DNA from: Macrostomum lignano
Taxonomy: Eukaryota
Direction of reading: 5' to 3'
Length of the DNA stretch: 64,000 nt
Assembly: GCA_002269645.1 (NCBI GenBank)
Contig: NIVC01000754.1
Span: 124,001 to 188,000, forward strand
Positions 61,129-64,000 of this stretch are shown here, piece after piece (the first letter of the stretch is position 1; each line of letters starts with the position of its first letter). A program made the position numbers and the translations under genes. The notes under the pieces are model-generated. The model was given only the letters and a program-made list of their open reading frames with translations, was not told the DNA's origin and did no database searches.

Positions 61129-64000
61129 CAGGGACAACTAAAACCCTCGGGACGCGAAACGAGCCAATTCATGGCAAAAAATCTGAGGGGCTCGCTTAAA
61201 AGTATTGTTCTATGGCTTTTTCAAGTCTTCTCTGCTATCAGGCAAATTAAAATTGCTTTAGCTGCGGCCAGCAGTGAAGCTAAGCTGAACTATATCAAGA
61301 GAAGCATTTTTTATTCACTTGATGAAATGCCAAGAAAGTGCAGCGTATTTCCGTGCTCGTCAAATTACAACTCTGAAGCCGTTCGAACACGGACATTTGC
61401 GTTTCCCAGAGATCCACAGGAGCGAGAGCGATGGAGAAAGGCGCTGCCAAATATTCTCCAGGTAAGAAACCAGATCATTTGCTGTCATTACTGCTGCAAA
61501 ATTCCGCTTCGATTCTGCATGCCAGTCTCGTCTAAACAACTTGAAACCCAAAATTTATTATTTTAGAGAGTGACTGACAATATGGGCGTGTGCGTAAAGC
61601 ATTGGCCAAGCGATGCTCCAATGGTCAAGAAAAACTCTACCGAAAGGCCAATTAATCCTCCTTCTGTTTTTAATGGAGTTCCTAGCTCGTGTTTTGTTCA
61701 GAACCAAGGTACGTAACTTAAAGATTGCTCAACACTTAGCGTCTATATCGATTTTGCCGCTCACAATTATCTTACTTTTATTTTTACTCTTATTTTAAAC
61801 CAGGACCGACAGGCCGAAAAGCGCGGTGTTCTTTCTGACGCGAGGTGCGGCGACATCGATGAGATGGACGCTTTTCAGCTGCTTGATTTTTTGCCGGCAT
61901 GGGAAAGTTTTCGAGCTGAGGTGAAAAATTCGGATGTCGTATCTCGACATGCACTGAACACAGCTATTCTGAACGAAGACGTTTACTTGTTTACGTTAGA
62001 TAAAAATGGAGACCTGTCTGTTCGAATTTTTGTCTCACCTAACTTTCTGATTCGTGCATTCAAACTGCATACACCGATTTCGGTTCGAGACTTGTTGGGA
62101 TTTCAACCGACACTCAAGCGCTGGTCGCAACTGGATGCTGTTGTCGTGCGGTGCAAAAATTCCGACGCCAATCCCCAACGTGAGGTCGAAGCGTTTGTTA
62201 GTAGAATCAGTGATGATATAGATTCTGACTCTGATTTGGATCCGTCGCTTCAGTTTTTGATTCGACAACTTAGCCTTACATTAGTAAATCGGAACAATCG
62301 CCGCTATGACATTTCACTAGTGCGACAGTCAGCATTGCTCTACTTGATCAGTAGTTCGGCTTACTCTTACCTACGGAAGCTATTGCCATTGCCTCATCCC
62401 CGAACGCTGCAGCTGCAACTAGCAGGTACAGGAGAAGTTGGCACAGAAACCGACGCAGCCGATGTGATCCAGTCAGTTTTTGCTAGTCTATCAGGAGCTC
62501 AGCGAAACTGCGTAATATGTTTGACGAAATGTACATACAACCGTCCGTTCGATATCGATGCCGTCACCTTCTGGGTCGAGCCGTCGACGATCCGGACCAG
62601 GTTGCTAGGACAATTTTGGCCATAATGGTAAAGCCATTACTTGGTGGAAAACCGTTTGTAGTCCAACTATTGCCGACATACATTTTGTCTGCGGAGTTTC
62701 TGCGAAAATGCGTCAGCCAATGTATTAAAGCAATTAACAACAACGGTGGCCGTGTCGTTGCTCTCGTCAGCGACAATCACCCTACCAACCGCAAGTGTTT
62801 TGCTTTATTTAGCGATGGAAGAGAGAAGCCATGGATTGGAACGGATGCTGCACAGGAGTCGGAATTCTTCATGCTGTTCGATTTCGTTCACATTATCAAA
62901 TGCATTCGCAACAATTGGCAAATGGAAGCGAATGGAATTCTAAGCATTTAACCTCCTGGCGCTGACAGACAGATATCCGCTAAATGGTCAGACGTGGTAC
63001 GCCTGTACCAAATGGAGAAAGACCACGTAGTCAAGCGCACATGTCTAACTCATGAGGCCTGTTATCCCACAAGCATTCAGAAAACTAGAGTCAGTCTCGC
63101 TCTCCAAGTTCTCGATGAAAGGGTTGCCGCTGCATTGAAGTGTGATGGATACTCAGACACTGCGGAATTTATCAAAACCATAGTGAGATTCTGGAAAATT
63201 GTCAATTGTAAAAATCCTGATCTACACGCACGACTACGGGATCCGGACAGGCGACCAGTCTATTCCGTTCAAGATGAAAGCATACAATTTCTTAGCGCGC
63301 TCGCGGATTCGTTTGATTCGACACATTGTGGAAAAGGCCGAGCTCGCCATCATTCATTGACGCCCGAGACCAAGTCAGCGCTAGTAAACTCACTGCGCGG
63401 AGCCTGTGAGATGTGTGAGGTTCTTTTGTCCGACCCACGAATCAGCTACGTTCTGGCTGGCTGGCTGGCTGGCCAAATGAGCGGCGGCAACTACTACGAG
63501 CGTATGTATCTGTGGAGCAAGTGCTGCTCAGTGCTCGACTCCGACGAATGAAATTATTGGCATCCCTTGAATTAGCAGACTACAAGCACCATCGGAGCAA
63601 ATGTTGGAATGAACAGCTGAATGAAATTGAACTGGCGACCATTGATAATTGTGCTGCTAAATCAGAGGAGCTTTCCATTTCGGAGATGGCTTCGCTCTAC
63701 TATATCGCAGGTAAGCTGGATATTAATTAAAATTTAATTCACAACGAGGTTTTACACAATCTCATAAAAACAATTCAAACCGTGCTTTATTGGAAATTGA
63801 CAGGTTATACAGCGACTAAAGAAGGCATCAAAAGAACAGATTTGATATCAGAGACGAACATTCCAGCCAGCGAATTCACTGAAGAGTTATCTCGCGGAAA
63901 GCTTTGTCATCCTCCACAATGGCTGTTAGACTTATCCTGTCTCTGCTACAGCAGTTTTATTCTGCACTCTCCTACGTGCGCAACTCGCGTGTAGAAGCTG
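61129..64000 (+). mobile_element. P-superfamily (THAP9-like) DNA transposon, right end beyond the window
   Basis: Begins CAGGGACAACT exactly where the array stops, followed by a THAP-transposase gene. The left boundary is inferred. Confidence 0.75.
61327..63994 (+). pseudogene. Intron-containing THAP + P-element transposase, disrupted
   Basis: THAP C2CH split by intron 61462-61566 (MPRKCSVFPC...W...CVKHW...NPPSVF). LPHPRTL, FDEMYI, LVSDNHPTN, FDFVHIIKCIRNNW, QMSGGNYY. Frameshift at about 62515, stop at 62949, deletion/frameshift at about 63470-63510. Confidence 0.9.

Overview
Repeat-rich eukaryotic (animal) genomic DNA. The spliceosomal genes, minisatellite-filled introns and gene content suggest a flatworm such as Macrostomum (inference only). 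Host genes reconstructed by hand: two inverted two-exon paralogs encoding secreted WSC+PAN/Apple proteins (plus two fragments), a 6-exon mitofusin, a 4-exon coactosin with a candidate 113-aa orphan gene nested same-strand in its intron 1, an intronless synaptotagmin-like protein with an apparent cleavable signal peptide, and a RING-less TRAF-like gene. About a third of the window is nested transposons: Ty3/gypsy element A (15338-23564) interrupted by a 1.4-kb TRIM-like element, and gypsy element C (24680-33434) inside a 12.6-kb long-TIR element carrying a decayed THAP/P-type transposase. A second THAP/P element starts at 61129, at the end of a 1.07-kb telomere-like array. The most unusual signals are: five repeated LTR-end/tRNA-Leu PBS-like cassettes in element C; a non-env third ORF with its own apparent promoter in element C; P-type termini within telomere-like arrays; and the nested orphan gene. 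All alignments were by eye, with no database searches. Single-base indels may be assembly errors.
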